Source: Acidimicrobiaceae bacterium | Lineage (GTDB): Bacteria > Actinomycetota > Acidimicrobiia > Acidimicrobiales > RAAP-2 | NCBI GenBank assembly: GCA_003142095.1 | Contig: PLON01000041.1 | Coordinates: 73,228 to 137,227, forward strand | DNA: 64,000 bases | Direction: 5' to 3' | Part shown: one piece after another, positions 27,875 through 38,117 of the stretch | How positions within the stretch are numbered: the stretch's first letter is position 1 | Layout of the letters: every line of letters begins with the position of its first letter | Position numbers and translations under genes: made by a program | Notes under the pieces: generated by a model | Database searches by the model: none | What the model was told of the DNA's origin: nothing | Seen by the model: only the letters and a program-made list of their open reading frames with translations

Positions 27875-28171
27875 ATGAAACTTGACGTGTATAGAAGTTG
27901 CTCTCGCCACGAGAAGCGCCAAGTCCTCGAAGCCTTCTGGCACACCAACGTTGAGTCGTCGAGCCGCATCCACGACGCAGCCGTTCAATATGGTCCTTAC
28001 GCGGTGGCCTGTTTAGTAGCAGTCGCCGCCGAACTCGTCGTCGTCATTGTCGCCTCACTGCACCGAGTGTCGGTGATCAGTTGGATCGCTGTCGTGGTGG
28101 AAGCCGTTGTGGTCCTTTCCCTGTGGCGGGCGGTCGTTCGCTCACGCGCGCTGAAGCGCGAGCTCGCGTAA
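27875..28171 (+). CDS. Hypothetical small membrane protein (2 TM)
   Basis: 98-aa ORF with two hydrophobic helices; TAGCGT -10-like box 6 nt before the ATG. Confidence 0.6.
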   Translation: MKLDVYRSCSRHEKRQVLEAFWHTNVESSSRIHDAAVQYGPYAVACLVAVAAELVVVIVASLHRVSVISWIAVVVEAVVVLSLWRAVVRSRALKRELA

Positions 28172-28220
28172 CCAACCGCTTGCACAAGGGTCGACTAACG
28201 CTCACACCTACGATGCAGGA

Positions 28221-30140
28221 ATGGCCACGCACCCGAAAGAGATAAAGGTGGCGGGTCGAACGCTCTGGACGGTGCTGATCGGGCGCCCCCTTCGCTCGAG
28301 CGAGGCGTCCAAGGAACAGATCAATCCCTTCGAAGGCTTGTCGGCACTGTCTCTCGACGCGTTGACCTCGGTCGCGTACGGTCCCGAAGCGATCATCGTC
28401 GTGTTGGCACTGGCTGGTGCCGGGGCCCTGCACCTCATCTTGCCAATCACATTGGCGATCATCGTGTTGCTCGCGATTCTCGTGGTCTCGTACCGCCAGG
28501 TCATCGACGCCTACCCCGGCGGCGGCGGTGCCTACGCGGTGTCGAGAGCAAATCTCGGCGCAAACGCAAGCCTGGTTGCGGGTGCGGCTCTCATTGTTGA
28601 CTACACGCTCACCGTCGCCGTTTCGATCGCCGCGGGCGTCGCCAGTCTGACGTCGGCCTTTCCGAACTTAAGCCCGTACACCGTGGCGATCTGTCTCGGG
28701 ATTCTGGCCCTCATTACGGTGCTGAATTTGCGCGGCCTTGGCGACAGCGCGCGGGCGTTCTTGTTGCCCACGTTTGCGTTCATCATCGGACTCCTCGCCG
28801 TCATCGCCGTTGGTCTCATCCACCCGCTCGGGCTTCATCAAGCGCAACCAGGCCATTCGCTCCTCTCCGCGCACGGCCTGCAAGTGGTGTCGGTGCTCTT
28901 GATTTTGAAGGCGTTTTCGGCCGGGTGCAGCGCGCTCACGGGCGTTGAAGCCATTGCCAACGGCGTGCCACTCTTCAAGGAACCGCGCGCGAAACGTGCA
29001 AAACGCACGGAGTTAATGCTCGGTCTCGTGCTCGGTGCGATGCTGCTCGGACTCGCGGTGCTCGCTCATCGCTGGCACATCGGACCGCGATCACAAGAGA
29101 CCGTGCTCAGTCAGATCATGGGAATGGCCGTAGGTCGCCACTGGGCGTACTACATCGTCTCGCTCACGATCACGGTGGTGTTGGCCCTCGCCGCGAATAC
29201 GTCATTTGGGGGGTTGCCCATCCTCGGCAGCCTTCTGGCGCGCGACAACTATCTGCCGCACCTCTTCGGACTACGCGGGGACCGCCAGGTCTTCAACAGC
29301 GGCATCTGGGTTCTCGCATCGCTGTCCGCGCTTCTGCTCATCGCCGTCGGCGGAAACACCATCGAGATGATCCCTCTCTTCGCCATCGGCGTCTTCGCCG
29401 GCTTCACCCTCTCGCAGACGGGGCTCGTCGTTCACTGGTGGCGCGAACGGCCACCCAAGTGGCACTATCGCGCCGTCATTAACGGCACGGGGGCCATCGT
29501 GACCGGCGCCGCCACCATCATCTTTCTCATCTCCAAGTTCACCCAAGGGGCCTGGATAGTCGTCATTGCGGTGCCCCTCTTCATTGTGTTGTTCAAGCGC
29601 ATTAACGCGTACTACCGCAGCGTTACCGCAGCGATCGGCATCGATAAAGCTCCGCCCGCGCCCGAAGGGCGTGACACTCTCGTCATCGTGCCCATCGTCA
29701 ACGTGTCGAAACTCACGAGTTACGCCATCTCCGAGGCCCTTTCACTTGGTCAGCAAGTCATCGCCGTCTCCGTCATCATCGACAACGCCGACGCGAACCA
29801 GCAACGCGAATCAACTCTCAGCGAAGAGTGGGAAAAGTGGAACCCGGGAGTTCCGTTGCAACTGTTGCATACGGACTACAGCTCCATCGTGGCGCCGATC
29901 TGTGAGTTCATCGACGAGCAGCGCGCCGCAGACGATCGACAGATCGTCGTGCTGATTCCTGTCTTGGTGCCGAGCAAACTTCGTTACCGCATCTTGCACA
30001 ACCAGCTCGACCTCATTCTCAGTCGAGACCTTCGTAAACGCACCGACGTTGTTGTCGCGCGCGTGCAGATGCCCTTTCCTCCCATGCCGCCGCGACCCGA
30101 TCAACGCTCCGTCCGTCAGAAGAAATCGTCGAAACGCTGA
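28221..30140 (+). CDS. APC-superfamily permease, KimA/YdaO-like (putative K+ or amino-acid transporter)
   Basis: LSLDALTSVAYGPEA, YRQVIDAYPGGGGAY, DYTLTVAVS, CSALTGVEAIANGVP, NTSFGGLP, LIPLFAIGVF-like helix, and a soluble C-terminal domain. Confidence 0.85.
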   Translation: MATHPKEIKVAGRTLWTVLIGRPLRSSEASKEQINPFEGLSALSLDALTSVAYGPEAIIVVLALAGAGALHLILPITLAIIVLLAILVVSYRQVIDAYPGGGGAYAVSRANLGANASLVAGAALIVDYTLTVAVSIAAGVASLTSAFPNLSPYTVAICLGILALITVLNLRGLGDSARAFLLPTFAFIIGLLAVIAVGLIHPLGLHQAQPGHSLLSAHGLQVVSVLLILKAFSAGCSALTGVEAIANGVPLFKEPRAKRAKRTELMLGLVLGAMLLGLAVLAHRWHIGPRSQETVLSQIMGMAVGRHWAYYIVSLTITVVLALAANTSFGGLPILGSLLARDNYLPHLFGLRGDRQVFNSGIWVLASLSALLLIAVGGNTIEMIPLFAIGVFAGFTLSQTGLVVHWWRERPPKWHYRAVINGTGAIVTGAATIIFLISKFTQGAWIVVIAVPLFIVLFKRINAYYRSVTAAIGIDKAPPAPEGRDTLVIVPIVNVSKLTSYAISEALSLGQQVIAVSVIIDNADANQQRESTLSEEWEKWNPGVPLQLLHTDYSSIVAPICEFIDEQRAADDRQIVVLIPVLVPSKLRYRILHNQLDLILSRDLRKRTDVVVARVQMPFPPMPPRPDQRSVRQKKSSKR

Positions 30141-30164
30141 CGCGATTAGCGGGGCGAACGCGCT

Positions 30165-30201
<37 letters not shown>

Positions 30202-30308
30202 AGACCGACCCTGAAAAGTTGCTCAGTATTCGCACCGCGCTTACGTTCTCCGATCACCAGTCAAGGCGCACAGGTACAAATCCAACGTCGGTTCGCTACG
30301 CTTCGACT

Positions 30309-31337
30309 ATGCCTACCTACAATCCCTCACCTGACCGCTACGAGAAGATGACGTATCGCCGCAGCGGTCGAAGCGGCGTCATGTTGCCCGAGATTTCACT
30401 TGGACTCTGGCACAACTTCGGCGACGATCGTCCCATTGATACCCAACGTGCCATCCTGAGACGCGCCTTCGATCGCGGCGTAACGCACTTCGATCTCGCA
30501 AATAATTACGGGCCGCCCTACGGCAGCGCCGAGACGAATTTCGGCCGCATTCTGCATGAGGACTTCGCTCACCTGCGCGACGAACTCATCATCTCGACCA
30601 AGGCCGGCTGGGACATGTGGCCCGGTCCCTACGGCGACCTCGGCTCGCGCAAATACCTTCTCGCCAGCCTCGATCAGAGCCTCACGCGCATGGGCCTCGA
30701 CTACGTCGACATCTTCTACCACCACCACTTTGACGCGACGACCCCGCTGGAAGAGACAATGGGCGTGCTCGATCACGCCGTACGCCAAGGTAAGGCTCTC
30801 TACGTCGGAATCTCGTCCTACTCGGACGAACGCACGAAAGAGGCGGTCGCCATTCTGCGCCGGCTCGGCACGCCGCTTCTCATTCATCAGGCTTCCTACT
30901 CGCTCTTCAATCGCTGGATCGAAGAGAAATTGCTCGACGTGCTTGAAGAGGAAAGCATCGGGTGCATTGCGTTCTCGCCCCTGGCGCAGGGCCTCTTGAC
31001 CGACCGCTATCTAAACGGAGTGCCGGAAGGGTCACGTGCCACGAAGGGTGACTCGCTCGCCATGTCGATGTTGAGCGAGCAGAATCTGAACCACGTTCGC
31101 GCCCTCAACGACATCGCACAGGCTCGGGGCCAGAAGCTCTCGCAGATGGCGCTGGCGTGGATTCTTCGCGATCCGCGCGTGACTGCGGCACTGATTGGCG
31201 CGAGCAGCGTCCAACAACTCGACGAGAATCTCGACGCTCTGAACAACCTCGACTTCAGCTCCGACGAACTTGCGCGCATTGACCACCACGCCGTCGAAAG
31301 CGGCATTGACCTCTGGCGCACGGTCGCGACGAGCTAA
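30309..31337 (+). CDS. Aldo/keto reductase, L-glyceraldehyde-3-phosphate reductase (YghZ/Gpr-like)
   Basis: YRRSGRSG..LP.ISLGLWHNFG, FDLANNYGPPYGSAE, ISTKAGWDMWPGPYG, GSRKYLLASLDQSL. ATG at 30309. Confidence 0.92.
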   Translation: MPTYNPSPDRYEKMTYRRSGRSGVMLPEISLGLWHNFGDDRPIDTQRAILRRAFDRGVTHFDLANNYGPPYGSAETNFGRILHEDFAHLRDELIISTKAGWDMWPGPYGDLGSRKYLLASLDQSLTRMGLDYVDIFYHHHFDATTPLEETMGVLDHAVRQGKALYVGISSYSDERTKEAVAILRRLGTPLLIHQASYSLFNRWIEEKLLDVLEEESIGCIAFSPLAQGLLTDRYLNGVPEGSRATKGDSLAMSMLSEQNLNHVRALNDIAQARGQKLSQMALAWILRDPRVTAALIGASSVQQLDENLDALNNLDFSSDELARIDHHAVESGIDLWRTVATS

Positions 31338-31555
31338 TTCGTTAGCCTCCGCGCGGTCCGGCGGCGGCGATTCTCTTCGACGTCGACGACGACGCGGTCC
31401 GGCGCCAGCGCGACAATGTGGTCAATATCCGGGATCTTGGTGCCGCCCACGTGTTCGAGATCGTCTCGTTCGCAGAACTTCGTGCACCCAATCGGCGTGC
31501 GATCCCACGCCGACAGCGTTTCCGTGAACGACGGCACCAAACTGACGATTCTCAC
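31334..31555 (-). pseudogene. Truncated BtuF-like / helical-backbone metal receptor (N-terminal ~64 aa only)
   Basis: MRIVSLVPSFTETL..W...PIG.TKFC......VGGTKIPD.D.I.ALAPD.VV.D.EENRR is the typical start of a roughly 250-aa periplasmic-binding-fold protein. The frame degenerates and stops right after ENRR. Confidence 0.7.
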
Positions 31556-31589
31556 GTCTCGATTGTTGCCGATAGAAGGCGACCACCGA

Positions 31590-33038
31590 TTAGAGGTTCT
31601 GTTCGAACTCCAAAAGGACGGCCACGCGATCTTCCTTCGGCGCCATCTTGAAGTAGGGGTTCTTCTTCGCCATGTAATAGAACATCGGAATCAGGCCGAG
31701 GGCCATGGCGCCAAGACCCACCCACAGGGTCGGAGCATTCAGTCCCGGTATGGCCTCAACGAACAGATAGCCCATGAAGACGGCTCCAACGAGGGGCCAC
31801 AGTCCCATAAAGATGAAATTCGTTACGGACATAAACAGCTGTCGACGATATAAAGCCACGACCGCGAGACCAGCCAGGGAGTAGTAGATGCAAATCTGAA
31901 GACCAATGGCGTTAATCGCGTCGGAGAGGATCGATCCGATCGTACCGATGTGCTGTGACCCAACGAAGAGCGCCAGGGAAATGATGGTCACAACGACCGT
32001 CGCGACAATCGGCGTTTTCCGGGTACGGTGCACCCTGCCCAGAGCCTTGGGCAGCGTGTTGTCGCGACCCATCGCGAACATGGTGCGCGTGACTTGAATA
32101 AGCGTCGTCTCTAGTGTTGCGATCGTCGAGAGCACGACAGCGAGAATGATGAATTTGCCCCCGGCTCCGTGCCAGACCTGCTGGCCGAGCACACTGAGTA
32201 CGTCGGCCGGATTGTTGTTGATCTGGGCGCTGGTGAGGACCATGTTGATGGCGATCGTGAAGACCTCGAAAAGCACGAAGACCACGAGGATCCCGATCAT
32301 GGCTCCGAGACCCGGCGTCTTCTTCGCGCCCTTGGTCTCCTCGTTCAGGTTCGCCGTAACGTCCCAGCCCCAGTAGTAGAAGGCTGCGATGAGCGCTCCG
32401 CCAACGAATCCCTTTTGGCCGTGAAAGATCCCCGGCGAGAACCAGTGCCACGAGAACGTGTGGACGTGATGACCGTGGAAAATAGCGAGTATCGCGAAGA
32501 GAACCAGCAAGAAAAGCTCGATGCACGACATCACAATCTGCACGGTCACCGTGATCGTCACTCCCGCGGCGACGGCAGTCACCATTAAGAGGAAGAAAAT
32601 GGCGCCCACCAACGTGACGTCGGTGGTGTTGTTCGCGGCGGTGTGAGAAAATAGTCCGAGAATGTACGAGCCCGCGGGCACGGTCGCTGCGACCATGAAA
32701 ATAAGCGCAGACACGATGAGCGCCCAGCCCGAAAGAAACCCGAGGACGGGGTGCAGGGCCCGGCGAACCCACGAGTAGCTGGCGCCCGCGTTGGTTTCGA
32801 CCCGACCGAGGTAGCTGAAGGCGAAGACAATCCCGAACATCGCGATGCCGCAGTAGAGCAAAGCGGCCGCGCCACCGAGAACTACTGCTCCGAACAGCAC
32901 GGCCGTGGATGCAGCAATCGAATAACCCGGCGCGACGCCCGCAATGCCCATGATCACTGAGTCGAAGAGTCCGAGGACTCCCGCTCGCAGGCTGTGCTCT
33001 GACGCGCCCGACTCCGGGATCTCGAGGGTATCGGTCAT
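31590..33038 (-). CDS. APC family amino-acid permease
   Basis: GIAGVAPGYS, NAGASYSW, FYYWGWDVTANLNEETK, RTMFAMGRD..LP; 12 TM. ATG at 33038 follows RBS AAAGGAG. Confidence 0.88.
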   Translation of the reverse strand: MTDTLEIPESGASEHSLRAGVLGLFDSVIMGIAGVAPGYSIAASTAVLFGAVVLGGAAALLYCGIAMFGIVFAFSYLGRVETNAGASYSWVRRALHPVLGFLSGWALIVSALIFMVAATVPAGSYILGLFSHTAANNTTDVTLVGAIFFLLMVTAVAAGVTITVTVQIVMSCIELFLLVLFAILAIFHGHHVHTFSWHWFSPGIFHGQKGFVGGALIAAFYYWGWDVTANLNEETKGAKKTPGLGAMIGILVVFVLFEVFTIAINMVLTSAQINNNPADVLSVLGQQVWHGAGGKFIILAVVLSTIATLETTLIQVTRTMFAMGRDNTLPKALGRVHRTRKTPIVATVVVTIISLALFVGSQHIGTIGSILSDAINAIGLQICIYYSLAGLAVVALYRRQLFMSVTNFIFMGLWPLVGAVFMGYLFVEAIPGLNAPTLWVGLGAMALGLIPMFYYMAKKNPYFKMAPKEDRVAVLLEFEQNL

Positions 33039-33202
33039 AGCAACTGCACTCCTTTTATTTATCACCTTCAGTAAAACATTTGGGGGTCAGGCAATGTAAC
33101 ACGAACTTACGCTCAGTTCTGGGGCTCAAAGTTGTTCCTGATCGAGAGAACGGGCGTACATCGGGGACCATGGTCCGTCGCGTGTAAATTCATCTCCGAG
33201 CG

Positions 33203-34954
33203 TTGAGAGAGTGTTCGAGGCGCGCTGACAGAGAGAAAATCGGAAACTTGCCACTCCTCCAACGATTCGACGACGACTCGATTGCGCCCTTGACGCCCGA
33301 GGAAATCAAAGCCCGCTGGGTCCACTTCCATCAAGAAATCCGTCGTCTCTCGGGCACCCGACTCCAGCGCATCGCCGGGCGCATGCTCGGTGAGGACACT
33401 TTTCGATACGCGTTGGCCCGCACGATCTTTCGTCCTCCGCTGCGTCTGTGGCGCGCCTGGCGAAAGAAAGAAGCCAAGAAGGTCACGCTGGTCTCGGCGG
33501 CGAAGGCAACGGAGATCTACCCGGTGAACTATCGCCCTCGGATCATTGACTACGAGCTCGAGCTCGCGAGTCTCACGGTCGACGCCAATGACGTCGCCAT
33601 CGTGGAAGTTGACGAAAATGGACCCACCGCTGCTCCAGTGGTGGAGGCACTGAACGACACGCTCAACGAAACGACGGCGGAGTGGATCTTTCTCTGCGAC
33701 GTCTCGACGTCCGACGAAGCCCGTCAATACAGCGTTGCCAAACTCCTCGCGCACGCCACGCGAGACGACGACGTTGTCTTCGCTGACGAAGAAGGTCCCA
33801 ACCAGTTCGCTCCACTCCTGAAGAGCCCCGGCGTCGGTCCGCACACGCTCCTCAGCTACAACGTCGTCGGTCGTCCCGCGCTCGTGCGCGTCGAGACGCT
33901 CTTCGCCGCCGGGGGATTTTCCGCCGACGCCGGCTGGGCCTATGAGCACGACGCGTACCTGCGACTGAGTGAAGCGGGCGCCACGTTTCACCACCTGGCC
34001 CGGGTTCTCCCGGCTGGACGCGGTCAACAGGAGTTCGACGCCACGCGCGTCAACGCCGATTCCTGCCGTGTCGTGCAGACCGCGATCGAGCGTCGCGGCT
34101 GGCGCGGGACGACGTTTCCCGGTGCTCTTCCCGGACTGGTGTCGTGGTCCCTTGGGTCCCCGACACCCGCGCCCTCAATTGACATCATCATTCCTACCCG
34201 GGATCGCATCGAGCTCGTGCGCCAATGCATCGCGGCCATCGAGGAAAAAACGACGTACCCGAACTACGACATCATCATTCTCGACAACGATTCTGTCGAA
34301 GAAGAATCGATGGCGTACTTCAACGACACGAAGTACGCGGTCGTCCCCTGCCCCGGGCCCTTTAATTACGCAAAAATCGTCAATCGCGGGGTGAACCACT
34401 CCAGCGCTGATTACGTGGTCACCCTCAACAACGACACCATCGTCGTCACGCCCGACTGGTTGGAACAGATGCTGGCCCTCGCGTCGCTCAACGACGTTGG
34501 AATTGTGGGCGCCTGCCTGCTCGACCCCGACGGGCGACGCGAGCACGAAAGCATCGTGATCTCGCCCTACCCTCAACACCTACGAACGGACTCGAACTAC
34601 CCCCACGTCGACTACTTCTCTCTCGCCACGCGCGACGTCGCGGCCGTGACCGGCGCCGTGCAGATGGTCGAGCGTGCATTCTGGCAACACCTTGGAGGCA
34701 TGGACGAAGAGTTAAAGGTCGTCATGAACGACGTCGACATCTGCCTTCGCAGTCAGATGGAGGGCCGCTACGTCGTCTACACCTCCAACGTCCGGCTCTT
34801 TCACCACGTGGGGTCCTCGCGCGGCGACCTTGACCCGCTTGACGATCGCAATCGCTTTATTCGCCGCTGGGACATTTTTGGCACGTTTCGCGATCCGTAC
34901 TTTCCTGAGTCGCTTCTTCTCTTGGGCGAGAAGATGTACTTCTTCGTACGATGA
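33203..34954 (+). CDS. Glycosyltransferase family 2 (two-domain, polysaccharide-biosynthesis type); start uncertain
   Basis: Degenerate N-terminal GT-A domain (DVVFADE, LLSYNVVG); C-terminal domain IIIPTRDR, LDNDS, FNYAKIVN, LNNDT, AAVTGA, NDVDICLR. Confidence 0.85.
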   Translation: MRECSRRADREKIGNLPLLQRFDDDSIAPLTPEEIKARWVHFHQEIRRLSGTRLQRIAGRMLGEDTFRYALARTIFRPPLRLWRAWRKKEAKKVTLVSAAKATEIYPVNYRPRIIDYELELASLTVDANDVAIVEVDENGPTAAPVVEALNDTLNETTAEWIFLCDVSTSDEARQYSVAKLLAHATRDDDVVFADEEGPNQFAPLLKSPGVGPHTLLSYNVVGRPALVRVETLFAAGGFSADAGWAYEHDAYLRLSEAGATFHHLARVLPAGRGQQEFDATRVNADSCRVVQTAIERRGWRGTTFPGALPGLVSWSLGSPTPAPSIDIIIPTRDRIELVRQCIAAIEEKTTYPNYDIIILDNDSVEEESMAYFNDTKYAVVPCPGPFNYAKIVNRGVNHSSADYVVTLNNDTIVVTPDWLEQMLALASLNDVGIVGACLLDPDGRREHESIVISPYPQHLRTDSNYPHVDYFSLATRDVAAVTGAVQMVERAFWQHLGGMDEELKVVMNDVDICLRSQMEGRYVVYTSNVRLFHHVGSSRGDLDPLDDRNRFIRRWDIFGTFRDPYFPESLLLLGEKMYFFVR

Positions 34955-34996
34955 CGCGATCCCGTTCGTGCCAATCGACCCTTGTAGCCTAAGAAG

Positions 34997-37252
34997 GTGC
35001 ATTCGACCGGGGAAAGATTAATCGACCGGTACCGCCGACTCTCCCCGACAACCAAAGCGATTGCTCTCATCGTGCTCGTGGTCCTCGCGGCGAACGGGAT
35101 GTACGTCTTCGGTCTCGCCAACAGCGACCCCATCTCCTGGACTGCCGGCATTTCGCACCACCTGTGTCGTCTCACCTGCGGGCGACCGGCGATCGACCCC
35201 AACGTCGGATTCGTCACCCAAAGCCTTGGCCACGAAGCGGCGATGGACATCTTGCATGGTCACTTCCCGTGGTGGACCTATACCCAGGGCCTGGGTCAAC
35301 CCCTCGCCGGCGAGATGCAGTCAGGCGCGCTGTTCCCGCTAACTCTGCTCTTTGCGTTCTCCTCGGGACTCATGTGGTTTCACATCGCCCTCGAAGTGAT
35401 CGCCGGCGTGTCGACATATTTCCTCGCGCGCCGACTCTCCTTGCCAGTTTTCTTTGCCACGTTCGCGGGCATCCTCTTTTCGCTGAACGGAACGTACGCC
35501 TGGCTCGGGAACTCGGTCCTGAACCCCGTCGCCTTCATGCCCATGGCCATTCTCGGCGTTGAAATGGTCATCGATAGTGCCTCGAGTACCAAGAATCGCG
35601 GCTGGTATATCTTGGCGATCGGCCTCGCGCTCTCGCTCTACGCCGGATTTCCCGAGGTCGCGTACCTAGATGGGCTCTTCGTCTTTGGGTGGGCCGTCGT
35701 TCGGATTTTCAGCGTCGCGCACGTTCAGCGTCTGCGCGCGCTTCGACGACTCGTTCTCGGCGGGGTCATGGGCATCATTCTCGCCCTGCCGATCCTTGTC
35801 CCCTTCGACGACGATCTCAAGGTAGGTTTCATCGGCGCCCACACCGCGGGTGCCGATGGATCGCTCGCGCTGCCGCACTTCGCTCTGCCCACGTTTATCG
35901 ACCCCTACATCTACGGAACGCTCTTCTCGAACACGAAAGTCATCGTCATGTGGGGTGGGATCGGCGGCTACTTCGGTGCCGGTGTGTGCGCTCTCGCTCT
36001 CGTGGGTCTCTTTGGTTCAAAGAAGCGACCGCTGAGGATCTTTCTCGGTGCCTGGACCCTCGTCGCCATGGCTGGCACGTTCAACTTTCTCGACTTTCAC
36101 AAACTCTGGAACCTAATCCCGGTGGTGAGCCGCTCTTCGTTCGAGCGCTACAGCACGCCGGGCTGCGAACTGGCGATCGTCATGCTCGCCGCCTTTGGGC
36201 TGTACGACTTCACTCAGAGCGTTCGCGCGAAGAGACTCCAGACGACGATGGCGGCCGTCATGGTGCTTTTGCTCGTCTGGGGGGTGCTCGTATCGCGCAA
36301 CCTCAACGCCGGAACGCACTTCAGCTCCCGGAGCGTCCACATCGTCTGGTTCGGCCTTGAGGCCCTTCCCTTCATCTCCGTGTTCCTTCTCCTGGTTTTT
36401 GGTCGACTACATCGATGGCGCTTCACGCCCTTTCTCCTCGCCCTCGTGGTGGTCGGTGAATCTTTGCTCCTCTTTTTCGTGCCCCAAGCTGAAGCCCCGA
36501 AGCAGATCACGATTGACTACGCCCCCATTGCGTTCTTGCAGAAGCACCAAGGCCAGGAGCGCTTCTTGGACTTCGCCGTCCTGTATCCCAACTGGGGCAC
36601 GTACTTTGGCCTCAACGAACTCAGTGACATTGACCTCCCGTTCCCCAAAGCCTTCAAGAACTTCATTGAGACGAACCTTCGTCCTGGCCTCAAGCCGGGT
36701 AACCAGTTCGTCGTGAAGGGCGGACTGGTCGGCGTCGAAGAGCTTGAACACTCCGTCGTCAATCACCTGCGACAGTATGAAGACGCGTCCGTCAAGTACT
36801 TGCTCATCCCGAGTTCGGTGGTGCTCATACCGGGTCTCGTGAAGGCCGGCGTCACGCAGGTCTTCCGCGATTCATTGGCGACCATCTACGAACTGCCCCA
36901 CCCTCGGGCCTTCTTCACGACGGCCTCGTCCTCGTGCACCGTGTCGAGCACGGGCTACAACGAAGCGAGACTGAACTGTCCAAAGGCGACCACATTGTTG
37001 CGCACGGAACTCTCCATGAAGGGGTGGAAGGCATTCGTGAACGGCAAGAGCGTTCCCATTACGACCGAGCATCACGTATACCAAGAGATCTCCGTACCGG
37101 CGGGCAAGTCCACCGTGACGTACAGCTTCTCGCCACCGCACGAACGTGATGCCCTCATCGTCGGATTCCTTGGCGGGCTCTTCCTCATTGGCTCATTTGT
37201 CAATGAGCGACGCCCTTTCGTACCAACTCGACGACGCCCAAAGCACCAGTAA
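34997..37252 (+). CDS. Polytopic membrane protein, YfhO-like (putative GT-C glycosyltransferase)
   Basis: PWWTYTQGLGQPLAGEMQSGALFP (W.P....G.P..a..Q...fyP pattern), about 12 TM helices, and a YfhO-type C-terminus (GWKAFVNG..VP.......Q.I.VPAG...V...F.PP). Confidence 0.7.
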   Translation: MHSTGERLIDRYRRLSPTTKAIALIVLVVLAANGMYVFGLANSDPISWTAGISHHLCRLTCGRPAIDPNVGFVTQSLGHEAAMDILHGHFPWWTYTQGLGQPLAGEMQSGALFPLTLLFAFSSGLMWFHIALEVIAGVSTYFLARRLSLPVFFATFAGILFSLNGTYAWLGNSVLNPVAFMPMAILGVEMVIDSASSTKNRGWYILAIGLALSLYAGFPEVAYLDGLFVFGWAVVRIFSVAHVQRLRALRRLVLGGVMGIILALPILVPFDDDLKVGFIGAHTAGADGSLALPHFALPTFIDPYIYGTLFSNTKVIVMWGGIGGYFGAGVCALALVGLFGSKKRPLRIFLGAWTLVAMAGTFNFLDFHKLWNLIPVVSRSSFERYSTPGCELAIVMLAAFGLYDFTQSVRAKRLQTTMAAVMVLLLVWGVLVSRNLNAGTHFSSRSVHIVWFGLEALPFISVFLLLVFGRLHRWRFTPFLLALVVVGESLLLFFVPQAEAPKQITIDYAPIAFLQKHQGQERFLDFAVLYPNWGTYFGLNELSDIDLPFPKAFKNFIETNLRPGLKPGNQFVVKGGLVGVEELEHSVVNHLRQYEDASVKYLLIPSSVVLIPGLVKAGVTQVFRDSLATIYELPHPRAFFTTASSSCTVSSTGYNEARLNCPKATTLLRTELSMKGWKAFVNGKSVPITTEHHVYQEISVPAGKSTVTYSFSPPHERDALIVGFLGGLFLIGSFVNERRPFVPTRRRPKHQ

Positions 37253-37286
37253 CCTCCGCGCACCCGGTCGAGTACTTTGAAGTTCT

Positions 37287-38081
37287 ATGGCCAAAGACAC
37301 CGTAAACCCCGTCGACGAGATCGATCTCTCCGAGACGATGACCAAGGAAGAGTCTGACCGTCGCGTCATAAAAGCCCAGCACCGTTTGACACAACTACGC
37401 CTCTTCAGCGCCGGACTGCTCGAGCCTCAGGCCGTTGGTCCCGGACTGGTCGTGCTCTTCGAGGGCTTCGACGCGGCCGGAAAGGGCGGCGCTATTCGTC
37501 GCCTGACCGCGAGTCTCGACCCGCGCCACGTGCTCGTGCACCCCGTCGGGTCTCCCACCGAGGAAGAACTGCGTCACCATTTCCTATGGCGATTCCAAGA
37601 GTTCATACCGGGGCGCGGCGAGATGACCGTCTTCGATCGCTCCTGGTACGGGCGGCTTCTCGTGGAGCGCGTCGAAGGCGAAATCAACGCCGACGTCGAC
37701 GCGCGTTCCGCGAAAGAGATCGTCGAGTTCGAGCGCATGTTGACCAACGACGGCGTCACGATTGTGAAGTTCTGGTTGCACATCTCGAGCGAGGAACAAC
37801 TCAAGCGCTTCACGTCTCGCGAGAAAGATCCTCTGAAACGCTGGAAGCTCACGCCGAATGACTGGCGTAATCGCGAGAAATACAAGGAGTATCTGAAGGC
37901 GTTGCGCTTCGTGGTTGAGAAAACCGATCAAAAGCACGCGCGCTGGAACCTCATTCCCGCCGAGAGTAAGCCTTACGCGCGCGTCGCGGTCCTCGAGACA
38001 CTCATCGAGCGCTGGGAGCACGACCTCGTGTCTCGCGGCTACGAAGTTCCGGCGCCGCGCCACGGCGATTTCTTAAGTTAA
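37287..38081 (+). CDS. ppk2: Polyphosphate kinase 2 family (single domain)
   Basis: Walker A FEGFDAAGKGG, PTEEELRHHFLWRF, FDRSWYGRLLVERV, KFWLHIS.EEQ.KRF, WKLTPNDW. Confidence 0.9.
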   Translation: MAKDTVNPVDEIDLSETMTKEESDRRVIKAQHRLTQLRLFSAGLLEPQAVGPGLVVLFEGFDAAGKGGAIRRLTASLDPRHVLVHPVGSPTEEELRHHFLWRFQEFIPGRGEMTVFDRSWYGRLLVERVEGEINADVDARSAKEIVEFERMLTNDGVTIVKFWLHISSEEQLKRFTSREKDPLKRWKLTPNDWRNREKYKEYLKALRFVVEKTDQKHARWNLIPAESKPYARVAVLETLIERWEHDLVSRGYEVPAPRHGDFLS

Positions 38082-38117
38082 GTCGCCCGGCCTTGCCCGA
38101 TCTGAAACACTGATTCC

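Noticed and set aside
28172-28220. Possible c-di-AMP (ydaO) riboswitch before the KimA-like gene
   Set aside because: Only 49 bp are available and the gene looks leaderless.
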